From sequence record OZ335962.1: 64,000 nucleotides of DNA. One strand, written 5' to 3'. Shown here piece by piece: positions 1 through 9,729 of the stretch. Under the pieces are notes generated by a model. The model was not told the origin of the DNA, did no database searches, and saw nothing but the letters and a program-made list of their open reading frames with translations. Position 1 is the stretch's first letter. Each line of letters starts with the position of its first letter. The stretch comes from a phage. Made by a program: the position numbers and the translations under genes.

Positions 1-369
1 GGAACGAAGATGCCGCTGAGACTCTGCTAACCCTGAACGGTCAAATTCATCAATAACGATTACTTTTTGACGACCATCAAATGAAGCTGCGCTAGCAAAA
101 TTAGTCAAAGGACCACGAACGAAATCAATTTTACAATCTGACCCATTTACAAACATCATATCAGCATTTACATCATGACACAATGCTTTTGCTACAGTTG
201 TTTTACCTGTTCCTGGAGAAGGAGAATGAAGAATAATATGTGGAATCTTACCTTTACTTGTAATAGATTTAAAGGTTTCTTTATCAAAGGCGGGAAGAAT
301 ACATTCATCGATAGTAGATGGACGATATTTCTGTTCAAGAATGTGTTCTTTTTCATTTACAGTAATCAT
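1..369 (-). CDS. 44: Clamp-loader subunit gp44 (AAA+ ATPase), N-terminal 123 codons; gene continues past window start
   Basis: ATG at 369-367 (rev); translation MITVNEKEHILEQKYRPSTIDEC... with P-loop SPSPGTGKTT and Walker B IVIDEFD; matches T4 gp44 as recalled; open to window edge. Confidence 0.85.
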   Translation of the reverse strand, partial: MITVNEKEHILEQKYRPSTIDECILPAFDKETFKSITSKGKIPHIILHSPSPGTGKTTVAKALCHDVNADMMFVNGSDCKIDFVRGPLTNFASAASFDGRQKVIVIDEFDRSGLAESQRHLRS

Positions 370-401
370 AATTTCCTCATTCAAGTTTTAGTGTAAATTA
401 T

Positions 402-419
402 AAAGGGCCGAAGCCCTTT
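402..419 (-). terminator. UUCG-tetraloop hairpin after gene 45 (terminator / stability element)
   Basis: RNA GGGC-UUCG-GCCC followed by U-rich tract. Confidence 0.45.
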
Positions 420-420
420 A

Positions 421-1107
421 TTAAAAATCGTGGGTAGAATCAGCTTCAAGAGCTACTACATAATTCGCATGTTCACCTTCAAATTTAGCAGCACCTTGTT
501 TACCTTTTGCCCAGAGCAGAAGTTTATAATTTCCTGGTTGCATTTTCATATTTGCCATATTGATAATGAAATTAAATGTATTTTCACCATCATAATCACC
601 AAGAGTCAAAGAATATTTAACACGGGTCAAAGCAGAATCTTCTACTTTGTTAAAACCGTTAATTACGATTTTACCTTCTTTTACTGTGATAGCAATTGTA
701 TCAATCTGCAGACCACGAGATACACGCAACAGCTGTTGAAGGTCTTCAGCTTTAATTTCGGTAACAACAGATGCTACCGGGAATGGAATTGGTTTATTAG
801 GAGCAACTACTGTACTTGGATCGGCTGCTGGCCAAAAAATTGTTGAACGAGCATCAGCAATTTTAATATTTCCATCTTCTGACTGGGAAATTTCTGCATC
901 GTCATTAACTAGGGACAGAATACCGAGAAAACCGTTCAAATCGTAAATTGCTACATCAAAATCAATAGTGTCAGAAATATTTGCTTCTGCATAAGTTGTA
1001 CCATTAACTGCGCGAGTCATAATAAATTGACCAGATTTAAGCATAATACCAGAGTTAATAGTAGCGAAATTTTTAAGCAGAGCAGTAGTATCTTTAGACA
1101 GTTTCAT
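421..1107 (-). CDS. 45: Sliding clamp gp45
   Basis: 228-aa ORF MKLSKDTTALLKNFATINSG...; length and sequence match recalled T4 gp45; SD gaagga upstream. Confidence 0.93.
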   Translation of the reverse strand: MKLSKDTTALLKNFATINSGIMLKSGQFIMTRAVNGTTYAEANISDTIDFDVAIYDLNGFLGILSLVNDDAEISQSEDGNIKIADARSTIFWPAADPSTVVAPNKPIPFPVASVVTEIKAEDLQQLLRVSRGLQIDTIAITVKEGKIVINGFNKVEDSALTRVKYSLTLGDYDGENTFNFIINMANMKMQPGNYKLLLWAKGKQGAAKFEGEHANYVVALEADSTHDF

Positions 1108-1136
1108 GTAATTTCCTTCAATTCAAATGAGATTTA

Positions 1137-1162
1137 ATTTTATAACTAATTTAATAAAGCAA
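1137..1162 (-). promoter_or_regulatory. Putative MotA-dependent middle promoter for gene 45
   Basis: Minus strand TTGCTTTA (MotA-box-like) - 12 nt - TAAAAT, about 30 nt upstream of gene 45 ATG. Confidence 0.45.
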
Positions 1163-1552
1163 TTAACGATTAAAATCGGCAGCAATTGTTTCCGCAACAA
1201 TTTGAGCAGCGACAATTAGGCGTTCATCTGCATTACCACAATAATCATCTTCAAGACGTTCACCGCATGAAGTCATAATAAATTTAGCACCAGCATTTAA
1301 AGATTCTGTCGTATGTTTGCGCATTAGTTCAATCCATTTATTGCTTACTTCACGATCGATAGCTTCATAATACGCATGACGAGCAGGTGCAGATTTAATT
1401 TTATTCTGAATAACTTCCATCGCGTTATCAGAAAGAGACAAAACCCATGCTCGACGAATTTTATTTTGATTTTGTGGATTTGATTCAGAACGCACGTGTT
1501 TTGGCTGAATATCTTTTACATCAACAGTATAATTCACAGTAATTTTAGTCAT
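1163..1552 (-). CDS. rpbA: RNA polymerase-binding protein RpbA
   Basis: 129-aa ORF directly upstream of gene 45; sequence and size as recalled for T4 RpbA. Confidence 0.8.
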
Positions 1553-1561
1553 AATACACCT

Positions 1562-1750
1562 TTAGTCATAATAATCAGTAACAGTCCAAGCTTCATTTCT
1601 GTTGGACATTATTTTCGTATATTCTGCTTTAAATGCATTCTTAAGCATAGATTCAGTAACTATATGCTCTTCATTAGAAAAATTATTTCTCAGAATATAT
1701 CGTTTTATTTCAGGAATAGTTAATAGATGCTGTCCAGTTGAATATTCCAT
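1562..1750 (-). CDS. Hypothetical protein (T4 45.2 position)
   Basis: 62-aa ORF, ATG start, 9 nt upstream of rpbA. Confidence 0.5.
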   Translation of the reverse strand: MEYSTGQHLLTIPEIKRYILRNNFSNEEHIVTESMLKNAFKAEYTKIMSNRNEAWTVTDYYD

Positions 1751-1805
1751 GTTTTTCCTCCATAGAGATTATACTCTAATAAATTAAAGCATAATCTCTT
1801 ATAAA

Positions 1806-3488
1806 TTAAACCATTACAGTAAATCGACCAACTTTCTTCATTTGAAGATGCTGACCATATGCTTGTGGGTCGTGGTCTCTATGTGAAATAACAAAAACAT
1901 TAGTATTTTTTAAACTATCTAAAATAGTTGAAATAGCTTTTACACCTTCAACGTCTGTTGCTGAATCAAAAACTTCATCAAGAATTAACGTGTTTATTTT
2001 AACACCTGAAACTTTTTCAGCAATATCACGCCAAGTAAATAAAAGAGCAATATCAATTCGTGCTTTTTCGCCTTGACTGAATGAAGCATAACTAAAATCT
2101 TCACGACCACGGGATTTAATTGTCTCATTAAATTCTTCATCTAATGTAAACACATAATCCGCTTCCATTATTTTAAGATAATGATTAATCTGCTTATTAA
2201 ATAACGGAATGTACTTTTTAATAATAGCACCTTTAATACCAGAATCTTTGAGCATATCAGTCAAAATTCCTCTGTGGTATTTTTCCATTACTAAATTAGT
2301 TTTTGTCTTAACAATTTTATCAAGTTCTTCTTGAAGCAGTGCTATTTCATCAGCATGGTCAATAAACTCGGATGATGCTTTTTCTATAGCCGCTTTAACT
2401 TTTTTAGCTTTATCTACCGTCGTGATTAGAGATTGCTTTTTATTGCGAATATCATTCGCCAACGTCTGCTGGGTTTTAATATTATCTCGGTATTCATCAA
2501 CAAGAACTTTTAAATTATCACGATGTGTTGAAAGCTGTTCGAACGAATGTGTGCATTCAGAAACTTTATCTTTAATTTTAGAAACAACTTTATCACCGGA
2601 ACTTAATTGTGACAAACAGGTTGGACATAATCCACCTTCGTGATACATATTAATGACTTTATTATACGAGTCAATTTTTGATTTAATTAAAAATGCTTCT
2701 TGACCGATTTTATTAAATGCATCAGTCGGGTCTTCATCCAAAACAATATTAACTAATCTTTCATTAGCTTCTTCTATTTCCGATTTTAACGTTCTAGCTT
2801 CTTTTGCCAAATCATCATACATATTCTGCAGACGAGTAAGGTTATCACCAGTTAATTTTTTCTGGCGTTCAACGTTATCATTATATATTTTAATTTGCTG
2901 GATAATACTATCTTTTTTAACATCAAGCACTTGGTTTTGTGAATTTAATTCACGTATTAGTGCTTTATTAAGCTTATCCATTTCAGCTAATGTTCCTACC
3001 TCGAGTAGGTCTTCGACGAGTTTTCTTCTTGCAGGAGTGGATAAGCCCATAAAAGGGGTATATCCAGCCGTGCCGAGTACGACGATCTGTTTGAAACTGG
3101 CGTATGACATTCCGATAAGCTGTTCAAATTCTGCTTGGAAATCTTTACTGCTGGCAGATTCATTAAGACGTGTACCGTTAACGGTGATTTCGAAAACATT
3201 CGGTTTTTGTCCTCTTTTGATATAGTACTTTTTCTCATCATATTCCATCCACAGTTCAACTAAAAGTTCTTTCTTATTTGTGCTGTTTATTAATTGACCT
3301 TTCTTTACATCACGAAATGGCTTGCCAAAAAGCCCAAATGTGATGGCTTCTAACATAGTAGACTTACCACCGCCATTTCGTCCAGTAATAAGAGTTTTTT
3401 GAACCTTATCTAGTTGAATGTCAATAGGATTTCCACCTACTGACATTATATTTTGATACCTAACTCGGTTTAGTTTAAAATTCTTCAC
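1806..3488 (-). CDS. 46: Recombination endonuclease subunit gp46 (SbcC/Rad50-like ATPase)
   Basis: 560-aa ORF, N-terminal P-loop GRNGGGKST, long coiled-coil middle, C-terminal Walker B LILDEVFD; GTG start at 3488-3486 preceded by SD aaggaa and overlapping upstream stop (GTGA). Confidence 0.9.
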   Translation of the reverse strand: MKNFKLNRVRYQNIMSVGGNPIDIQLDKVQKTLITGRNGGGKSTMLEAITFGLFGKPFRDVKKGQLINSTNKKELLVELWMEYDEKKYYIKRGQKPNVFEITVNGTRLNESASSKDFQAEFEQLIGMSYASFKQIVVLGTAGYTPFMGLSTPARRKLVEDLLEVGTLAEMDKLNKALIRELNSQNQVLDVKKDSIIQQIKIYNDNVERQKKLTGDNLTRLQNMYDDLAKEARTLKSEIEEANERLVNIVLDEDPTDAFNKIGQEAFLIKSKIDSYNKVINMYHEGGLCPTCLSQLSSGDKVVSKIKDKVSECTHSFEQLSTHRDNLKVLVDEYRDNIKTQQTLANDIRNKKQSLITTVDKAKKVKAAIEKASSEFIDHADEIALLQEELDKIVKTKTNLVMEKYHRGILTDMLKDSGIKGAIIKKYIPLFNKQINHYLKIMEADYVFTLDEEFNETIKSRGREDFSYASFSQGEKARIDIALLFTWRDIAEKVSGVKINTLILDEVFDSATDVEGVKAISTILDSLKNTNVFVISHRDHDPQAYGQHLQMKKVGRFTVMV

Positions 3489-3748
3489 AAAAGATTCCTT
3501 TTAATGTATCTTTTAGACCATTCTATCATATCATCATAATCTAAAAAGTATTCATCAAATTCAGCCATGCAAACAACACCTTGCGCTGCTTTTGATGTGA
3601 TATAAATTATTCCAACATATCTAGAATCTTCTTCGGTGTAATCAATATTTGCTATGAATTCATCGTTAATGTCAAATGTCGAAAACTTCACAGTATGCAT
3701 CCTTAATACAAGATACAGCCATATCTTGTAATGATTTAGGTGTGTCAT
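3485..3748 (-). CDS. Hypothetical protein (46.1 position)
   Basis: 87-aa ORF; stop overlaps gp46 start; true start uncertain (internal ATG at 3700 possible). Confidence 0.4.
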   Translation of the reverse strand: MTHLNHYKIWLYLVLRMHTVKFSTFDINDEFIANIDYTEEDSRYVGIIYITSKAAQGVVCMAEFDEYFLDYDDMIEWSKRYIKRNLL

Positions 3749-3935
3749 TATCTAAAATGTTGAAGTTAAAAGATACAGCCCAGTCAGTGCAGACCGTAAC
3801 CTTTTTAATACAATTATCTTCAACCTCTAGCGGTTCAAACCAATATTCAATAATTTCTTTATGCCCAATATCATCTTTTACTTCGCATTCAAAATGCTGA
3901 CTCATCATAACATTTTTAAATTCATCAAAAGTCAT
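3672..3935 (-). CDS. Hypothetical protein (46.2 position)
   Basis: 87-aa ORF between gene 47 and 46.1. Confidence 0.45.
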   Translation of the reverse strand: MTFDEFKNVMMSQHFECEVKDDIGHKEIIEYWFEPLEVEDNCIKKVTVCTDWAVSFNFNILDNDTPKSLQDMAVSCIKDAYCEVFDI

Positions 3936-4951
3936 TGTGTTGCCTCTACATATAACTGATTTGCATATTGAATAAGTGCTTCGCGGTCAGAATCAGTGAT
4001 GTCTGGAATTGCATTAATGTATTCTTCCATCAACGTCTGAAGAGATTGAACTTCAACTTCTTCACTATCATCTGACTCGACAGAGTTATCAATCTTTGAC
4101 ACAACTCGTAATGAATGCACAACTTTTTCTAGTTCAGATTCGAACTTCGTTAGATTTTTGTCTACTTCAGTTACTATAACACGTACTGATAGATTTGTAA
4201 AATCTTTATAGTCAATTTTTCCCTTAAATGGATATTGAATTCGACGATGCCAGGTGGTGTTGTTTGGAATAAATTCCATTCGTTCTGTTTCTGTATCAAA
4301 CATCCAGAACCCGCGAGGGTCATTCTCGTCACCTGCAGTTAGTGTCCATGGTGTCCCAATATATCTGACGTTAGCAGCCTCAGAGATAGTATGGAAGTGA
4401 CCAGACCACACCTCTTTATAAGTCTTAAGGAAATCAGGTTCAAGACCGTGAGATTTCATTCCTTTATAAAAATAAAATCCATTCAGTTCCCAGTGACCAA
4501 CACAAAAAGAAGCAGATGAAGTTTTGATGTGTTCAAGAATTTCACCAGTATTTTCTTCGCACATCCAAGGAATTAAATCAATCAAACATCCGTCAAAATC
4601 TACTGTAGTAGGCTTATCATATACTTTAACATTAGGATATTTAGCCAAAAGCTCAGTAGAAGCATTTGGAGTTAAAGTATTTTTAAAGTGCATATCATGG
4701 TTTCCTACAACAGTATGTAGGGTAATACCAGCATCATCAAGCATTTGAACTATTTCACGAGCGAACTCCATAGTTTTATGTGTGATTGCTTTTCGCACAT
4801 CAAAAATATCGCCGTATTGAATCCATGTAGTAATTCCGTTTTTCTTAGAATATTCTATTGCTTGTTTAATTCCATCCAACTGAATGGATTGAACCCACTC
4901 ATCATCAGCTTTAACACCTAAATGCCAATCACCTAAATTTAAAATTTTCAT
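3932..4951 (-). CDS. 47: Recombination exonuclease gp47 (SbcD/Mre11-like phosphoesterase)
   Basis: 339-aa ORF MKILNLGDWHLG... with calcineurin-like motifs GDWH, GDIFD, GNHD; matches T4 gp47 as recalled. Confidence 0.9.
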   Translation of the reverse strand: MKILNLGDWHLGVKADDEWVQSIQLDGIKQAIEYSKKNGITTWIQYGDIFDVRKAITHKTMEFAREIVQMLDDAGITLHTVVGNHDMHFKNTLTPNASTELLAKYPNVKVYDKPTTVDFDGCLIDLIPWMCEENTGEILEHIKTSSASFCVGHWELNGFYFYKGMKSHGLEPDFLKTYKEVWSGHFHTISEAANVRYIGTPWTLTAGDENDPRGFWMFDTETERMEFIPNNTTWHRRIQYPFKGKIDYKDFTNLSVRVIVTEVDKNLTKFESELEKVVHSLRVVSKIDNSVESDDSEEVEVQSLQTLMEEYINAIPDITDSDREALIQYANQLYVEATQ

Positions 4952-5088
4952 ATATCAAGAACCGTCATTGAAATGCAAAATAAAATTATTGAAATAAATC
5001 CATCTGGAGTGCTAAAGAACCCAATCCAACATGCTCTAGTGAATAGATAAAATGCGAGAAAAAGTATCACATATCCAAGAAATATCAT
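4948..5088 (-). CDS. Small hydrophobic protein (46 aa), not in ORF track
   Basis: ATG 5088-5086 with SD ggag 9 nt upstream; MIFLGYVILFLAFYLFTRACWIGFFSTPDGFISIILFCISMTVLDI; stop overlaps gene 47 start (ATGA). Confidence 0.35.
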   Translation of the reverse strand: MIFLGYVILFLAFYLFTRACWIGFFSTPDGFISIILFCISMTVLDI

Positions 5089-5111
5089 TATATCAAACTC
5101 CGTATAAAGCT

Positions 5112-5129
5112 AAAGGGCCGAAGCCCTTT
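5112..5129 (-). terminator. UUCG-tetraloop hairpin at a-gt stop
   Basis: Same GGGC-UUCG-GCCC module as 402-419. Confidence 0.45.
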
Positions 5130-6330
5130 ATTTTGTAATAATGTCAAACTGTTCTTTAAAGCAGAAGCTTGAATCTTGATGCTGATACAAAAATTCATAA
5201 GCTTTTTCGCGTTCACGGTCATAAAGAGCTCGGTCAGATGACAGTTCTTTAATACGTTCAAATGTTGATTCCATGTCATTTTCATCAAACCAAACGATAC
5301 CGCTATCATGTGAAATTAACGGAGTATTATCAACACGGAATTTTAAATTTTCACCAGTAGATTTCCAAAATACTGGAATTGTTCCACATGCACCAAGCTC
5401 GAGATGAGTATATTCTAAAGAACGCTGTAGATATTTTTTGTCCAACTTACTCAGCTGATAACCAAATCCGGATTTACTCATGCGTTCAAGCATTTCGCTA
5501 TTTACATAACGGTCAAGAATTTGCGTTGGCAAATTAGGAGCAATTTTAATTTGGTCTACTTGATGAAGACGATAATACTCATATGGAATTCCTTTTTCTT
5601 TAATAGGAATGAACGCTGGAGAACGTTCCAGACCTTCCATAATAGTACTTAGCCCAGCAGGTTTAAGATGTTTTTCGTGAAAATCAAACATCTGATAAAA
5701 ACCTTTCCATGTAGTCGTACGACCAATCCAACGGTTGACATTCATGTTAATTTCAGAAACATCTTTCCAGTAGGTTGATCGAACCTTAGCAATATCCATA
5801 GGAGGCTGAAAGTTGTATACAGTCGGTGCTTCTTCAATATCGTCAAACAGTGAAACAGTTTCTGGATACCATTCTTTCATCAGAACTTTATTAAAATCAC
5901 CATTATCAGAATGACTAAAAATAACATCAGCTCGGCGAACAGTTTCTTCTAATCCCAAATTTCGGCGCAAAGAAAGAGAAGAATGGTCATGTTGATAAAC
6001 TACAACACGAACCGAAGGTTTAATGTTATCAATAATTTTTTTATAGTTATTAATAGTGTCTTCTTCGACTGAAGTAGCAGGAACTGAATTGATAATTAGA
6101 ATATCACAATCATTTACCAGCTTAAGTGTTTTATCGTATTCTTTTGCCAATAAAACCGGAATTGAAAATGATTTATAATCATGCGCGCAATTACGGGTAA
6201 ATGATTTATCTTTAGCATAAACCAAAGTTACTTCATGACCATTTTTAATAAACCAATCACGTTGCTCAAGAGAAAATTTAGTTACGCCACAACCTTCAAG
6301 ACCTCGAGCCATAAAAATGCATACTTTCAT
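5128..6330 (-). CDS. a-gt: DNA alpha-glucosyltransferase
   Basis: 400-aa ORF MKVCIFMARGLEGCGVTKFSLEQRDWFIKNGHEV...; size and sequence match recalled T4 alpha-glucosyltransferase. Confidence 0.78.
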   Translation of the reverse strand: MKVCIFMARGLEGCGVTKFSLEQRDWFIKNGHEVTLVYAKDKSFTRNCAHDYKSFSIPVLLAKEYDKTLKLVNDCDILIINSVPATSVEEDTINNYKKIIDNIKPSVRVVVYQHDHSSLSLRRNLGLEETVRRADVIFSHSDNGDFNKVLMKEWYPETVSLFDDIEEAPTVYNFQPPMDIAKVRSTYWKDVSEINMNVNRWIGRTTTWKGFYQMFDFHEKHLKPAGLSTIMEGLERSPAFIPIKEKGIPYEYYRLHQVDQIKIAPNLPTQILDRYVNSEMLERMSKSGFGYQLSKLDKKYLQRSLEYTHLELGACGTIPVFWKSTGENLKFRVDNTPLISHDSGIVWFDENDMESTFERIKELSSDRALYDREREKAYEFLYQHQDSSFCFKEQFDIITK

Positions 6331-6380
6331 TTAATATCCTCATTGTTTTGGTTTATTTTACCAAAAATTTATAAAGCAAT

Positions 6381-6400
6381 ATAGGAGCCGAAGCTCCTAT
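6381..6400 (-). terminator. UUCG-tetraloop hairpin
   Basis: RNA GGAGC-UUCG-GCUCC. Confidence 0.4.
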
Positions 6401-6567
6401 CCGCATAATACACCATACAGAGGCTCATTAGAGCTTCTAAATTTTATGCGTTTATGTGTTATAGTTCCTGCTTTAGCTTTATCATGAGACTCTTTAAAGC
6501 GTCTCATCATTTCTACTTTAGAGGAACGAATTTTATTATAATCTATTTCACAAGTCTGGGCGTTCAT
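6397..6567 (-). CDS. Small basic protein (56 aa), not in ORF track
   Basis: ATG 6567-6565, 3 nt after upstream stop; MNAQTCEIDYNKIRSSKVEMMRRFKESHDKAKAGTITHKRIKFRSSNEPLYGVLCG; ends in hairpin 6384-6397. Confidence 0.3.
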   Translation of the reverse strand: MNAQTCEIDYNKIRSSKVEMMRRFKESHDKAKAGTITHKRIKFRSSNEPLYGVLCG

Positions 6568-6570
6568 CTT

Positions 6571-6777
6571 TCACAGTTGCCACCATTTTTTGACTTGATA
6601 GGAATCAACCCACACTTTCATATTAGGGTCTGCTCTTACAATAGGAGGATTAACTTCTTTAATTGAACTATCGTGGTATTCTTTTTCAGAAATTTTCACA
6701 CAAAGATGACCATTCAAAGATTCAGTAAATCCTGCATTAATTTTAAGACGCTTGAATTTTACGTGTGTAAGCATCAA
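6571..6777 (-). CDS. Hypothetical protein
   Basis: 68-aa ORF; overlaps upstream ORF by 35 nt, start uncertain. Confidence 0.35.
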   Translation of the reverse strand: MMLTHVKFKRLKINAGFTESLNGHLCVKISEKEYHDSSIKEVNPPIVRADPNMKVWVDSYQVKKWWQL

Positions 6778-7060
6778 TCATATCCTCAATCTGCGATCTA
6801 GTAGTCTTCCAAAGAATACTAATGAGTTCATCGTTATATGGCTGTTTTAGAATATCCCGACTTTTCTTGATAGCATATTCGTATTGAGCAAAATTATTGT
6901 TTTCAGCTGCAATCTGAGCGTGCTTATAAAGACGGTTCAGTTCGCGTTTGTTTTTAGACAATAACTTATTTGCTTTTCTTTCTGCTTCAAGACGGTTCTT
7001 TTCTTCAAGAGAAGAAATAAGCTTTTCCACTTCATCATTAATTTCGGGTTTATCAGTCAT
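6743..7060 (-). CDS. Hypothetical protein
   Basis: 105-aa ORF, charged/helical; 1-nt gap to upstream ORF. Confidence 0.5.
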   Translation of the reverse strand: MTDKPEINDEVEKLISSLEEKNRLEAERKANKLLSKNKRELNRLYKHAQIAAENNNFAQYEYAIKKSRDILKQPYNDELISILWKTTRSQIEDMIDAYTRKIQAS

Positions 7061-7061
7061 A

Positions 7062-7280
7062 TTATTTCTCTAATATAAAATAAAAATCATCATCTGTTAA
7101 ATGATACCGATAATTTAATTCTACACCGTTAGATTTAAAAGCGGTATCATACGGATTTTCTGGATCAATATCAATGTCAAGAGCTAAAACTTCCCTGAGA
7201 TACATTTTAAGTAAATAGGGAATAGCTTCAACTTCAGGTATTTCTTCCAAGAATCCGGAGAGGTTAATCGTTAGCCTCAT
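7062..7280 (-). CDS. Hypothetical protein
   Basis: 72-aa ORF immediately downstream of gene 55. Confidence 0.45.
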
Positions 7281-7821
7281 ATAAAAAATCCAAACTAGGA
7301 GAATCGTCTACAACACTTTTCTTTTCAGCCCCCGGTGTTCTATAGGTTGATTCTTCGTAATGCGTCATTTTATCGTAGATGTCTTGAATAAAAGTTTCAT
7401 CTACTAACGCAACCATATCGTCGTCACGACTGTCATAGACATTGTGAACGAAGTAACTATATTTCTTTGCAACTTCCTTACGTTCTTTTTTAATACGTTG
7501 GACGAATGCATTAAAACAAGCTTGAGTTATATATGCATGTGGGTTTTTATATTTCGTTTCATCAAAATTATGAAGCCCCTTAATAGAAGCTTCTATACCA
7601 TCTGCAATCATTTCTTGTTTCCAAGATTGGGTGTATCCTGAAAAGTTGAAACGTTTAGATAAGCCTTCTGCGATAAGCATAATGGCTAATCCGATAGTAT
7701 CATTCTGACGAACTACTTTATTTGGGTCTTTATTATTTGCTAATTCTGTTTTCCAATCAATAATAGCTTGTAAAAGCTCTTTATTGTTTACGTAATTATA
7801 TTTAGGCTTAGTTTCTGACAT
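7264..7821 (-). CDS. 55: Late-transcription sigma factor gp55
   Basis: ATG 7821-7819 with SD gaggtg; [24 protein letters not shown]...; 185 aa as recalled for T4 gp55 (ORF-track start at 7827 is GTG). Confidence 0.9.
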
Positions 7822-7842
7822 TTTCACCTCTTAGCTCAATTC

Positions 7843-7886
7843 ATAGATCTATTATATCATAATATTTGAAGATCTATCTTAAAGCA
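7843..7886 (-). promoter_or_regulatory. Possible MotA-box element plus 8-bp inverted repeat upstream of gene 55
   Basis: Minus strand TGCTTTA at 7886-7880; IR atagatct/agatctat (7843-7850 / 7870-7877); -10 spacing not ideal. Confidence 0.25.
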
Positions 7887-7899
7887 TAGAGGGTATCAG

Positions 7900-8169
7900 T
7901 TATCTAAGTAAGCAGTATGCTTGGAATACTTTCTCCATCATCTTTTTAAATTCATGAATATCTATATAATGACTAGTTAAATCAGCATGATATAAAAAGT
8001 CTAAAAACTTTTCATGTGTGCTAACATATTCACTTTCATTTAATTCAGAAACATGGCTTTCCCAATATCCAACACCAGTCTTATTTGGGAAAAATGAAAT
8101 TTTCATATATTGGTCAACATAGAAAATTCCATAATTTTCAATAGTAATAGAAATATTAATAAATTTCAT
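7900..8169 (-). CDS. Hypothetical protein (55.x)
   Basis: 89-aa ORF. Confidence 0.45.
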   Translation of the reverse strand: MKFINISITIENYGIFYVDQYMKISFFPNKTGVGYWESHVSELNESEYVSTHEKFLDFLYHADLTSHYIDIHEFKKMMEKVFQAYCLLR

Positions 8170-8387
8170 ACATTCATCAACTTAGCCGCTTCAAGAGCTG
8201 CATCTAACGAATCAAACTGGTCAACGTATTCAATCAATTCGCCATAATTAGCATATAACCACCATTGACTAAATTCATACTCAAGGATGAATCCATTTCC
8301 TTCAATTTGAGTTAAACCAATGCCGTTTGTATTTACTTCATATCCGGCAAGACGCAAATCGTTAATAAGAGCTTCGTTCATATTCAT
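8166..8387 (-). CDS. Hypothetical protein (55.x)
   Basis: 73-aa ORF; start overlaps upstream stop. Confidence 0.45.
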   Translation of the reverse strand: MNMNEALINDLRLAGYEVNTNGIGLTQIEGNGFILEYEFSQWWLYANYGELIEYVDQFDSLDAALEAAKLMNV

Positions 8388-8710
8388 ACCTTAGCAATTT
8401 TCAGGTCAGCAAATTTTTTCTTGCGTTGATTTTTCATACGACGAATAGTTTTATCAGAAATTTCATGCTTTTGATAAGCTTTAGATTCTACACCAAAAGC
8501 TTTAACATCAAATTCTGACAAGATATATTGAACCAACAATTCACGGACAGTATTGCGTCCAATTTTCTGATCATTCTGTTTCATCGTCTGATGAAGCTCT
8601 TTTTCCCATTTATCCAAAATTTGAGGAGTTACAATATCGCCTTTTTCTAGCAAAGAAACTACTTTATCATATGCGTAAGAATTGATGGCGTTTTTAATTT
8701 GAATAGTCAT
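8384..8710 (-). CDS. Hypothetical protein (55.x)
   Basis: 108-aa ORF, ATG at 8710-8708 downstream of terminator hairpin. Confidence 0.5.
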   Translation of the reverse strand: MTIQIKNAINSYAYDKVVSLLEKGDIVTPQILDKWEKELHQTMKQNDQKIGRNTVRELLVQYILSEFDVKAFGVESKAYQKHEISDKTIRRMKNQRKKKFADLKIAKV

Positions 8711-8747
8711 ACATTATCCTCAATTACATTAAAATTTTATTATCCAA

Positions 8748-8765
8748 AAAGGGCCGAAGCCCTTA
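8748..8765 (-). terminator. UUCG-tetraloop hairpin with U-run
   Basis: RNA GGGC-UUCG-GCCC followed by UUUUU. Confidence 0.5.
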
Positions 8766-8963
8766 GCTAAACTTTTTGGCACCCTTCCAGCCTTCGTACA
8801 TCATTGCGACTGACAATGACAAAGCTCCTTCACATGCTGTATACTTATTATTCCAGAACCAATTTAGAAAAACTTCATCCTCAATACCATTATGTTTCAT
8901 GTTCTGGAAAAATTTGGCACGTTCTTCAGCAATTCGTTGCGATAATTTAGATTCAGGATTCAT
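8763..8963 (-). CDS. Hypothetical protein (55.x)
   Basis: 66-aa ORF; stop embedded in hairpin 8748-8765. Confidence 0.4.
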   Translation of the reverse strand: MNPESKLSQRIAEERAKFFQNMKHNGIEDEVFLNWFWNNKYTACEGALSLSVAMMYEGWKGAKKFS

Positions 8964-9095
8964 TTAAATTTTCCAGTTACCATTTTCATCAATAAATTTA
9001 ATCCAGTCATTTACTGACCACTTGATCGTATCGCCCTTTGGAGCAACATTTAAAGTGTATAATCCTTGTTTAAAAAGCATGCGTTTGATATTCAT
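8964..9095 (-). CDS. Hypothetical small protein (43 aa)
   Basis: ATG 9095-9093 with SD gaggaa; ORF-track version 8964..9179 has an N-terminal extension overlapping the upstream gene. Confidence 0.35.
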   Translation of the reverse strand: MNIKRMLFKQGLYTLNVAPKGDTIKWSVNDWIKFIDENGNWKI

Positions 9096-9102
9096 ATTTT
9101 CC

Positions 9103-9396
9103 TCAGCTGTAACGATAGCACTCGTTTGATTTACGCTTAGCAACTCGTTGAGAAGTATTGTAATCAAAATCATCGTCAATGTAAACTGATTTTTTCAACT
9201 TTCTTACTTCACCGCGTAATTGGCGATTTAGCTCATCTTTAACTTCTGAATCAATGCCTTTCATTCTACGCCATTTATCAGAGCGAAAAATGTTTTCAAC
9301 CATATCTTTATGACTTACACCATCAGGAGCTTTACGCTTTCCGAAATAGTCATAATCACGAACTTTCAAGTCTTTACGACGATACGTTTTACCCAT
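9103..9396 (-). CDS. Hypothetical basic protein
   Basis: ATG 9396-9394 overlapping upstream stop; ORF-track start at 9441 is GTG. Confidence 0.45.
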   Translation of the reverse strand: MGKTYRRKDLKVRDYDYFGKRKAPDGVSHKDMVENIFRSDKWRRMKGIDSEVKDELNRQLRGEVRKLKKSVYIDDDFDYNTSQRVAKRKSNECYRYS

Positions 9397-9571
9397 GGAG
9401 TTTAATTTCCTTAGCAACTGAACTAAATACAGCACGGTCACAAATCATCTGTTTATGTAACTTGAGTATAAGATAATAAACTTCAAAACCGTTTACATAA
9501 GTAACACGAACAACATTACCATTAATAAAATAATATTGTCCCTTTTTAATTTCTTTATCAACCACAACCAT
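9389..9571 (-). CDS. Hypothetical protein (60 aa)
   Basis: ATG 9571-9569, SD gagga, downstream of early promoter 9602-9630. Confidence 0.45.
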   Translation of the reverse strand: MVVVDKEIKKGQYYFINGNVVRVTYVNGFEVYYLILKLHKQMICDRAVFSSVAKEIKLHG

Positions 9572-9601
9572 ATCAAATCCTCAAAGGCAATTCATATGTT
9601 A

Positions 9602-9630
9602 ATAATACCACAGTTTGAACTTCTTGTAAA
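9602..9630 (-). promoter_or_regulatory. Early sigma70-type promoter
   Basis: Minus strand TTTACA - 17 nt - TATTAT. Confidence 0.5.
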
Positions 9631-9710
9631 CAACTTTATGAAAATTATTTTAGGGAACGATAAGAAGGGAACGATAGCTTAGAATGGTAATATACAGAAT
9701 GTGAGAAAGA

Positions 9711-9727
9711 AAGGCCCAGAGGGCCCG
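9711..9727 (-). terminator. GC hairpin after nrdH
   Basis: gggcc...ggccc stem followed by U-rich tract. Confidence 0.45.
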
Positions 9728-9729
9728 TC

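Noticed and set aside
430-846. Plus-strand ORFs inside the minus-strand early block (430..846, 1496..1723, 2422..2643, 31023..31412, 32542..32724 and similar)
   Set aside because: Each lies antisense within a well-supported minus-strand gene, has no SD or promoter context, and translates to low-complexity sequence; treated as shadow ORFs.
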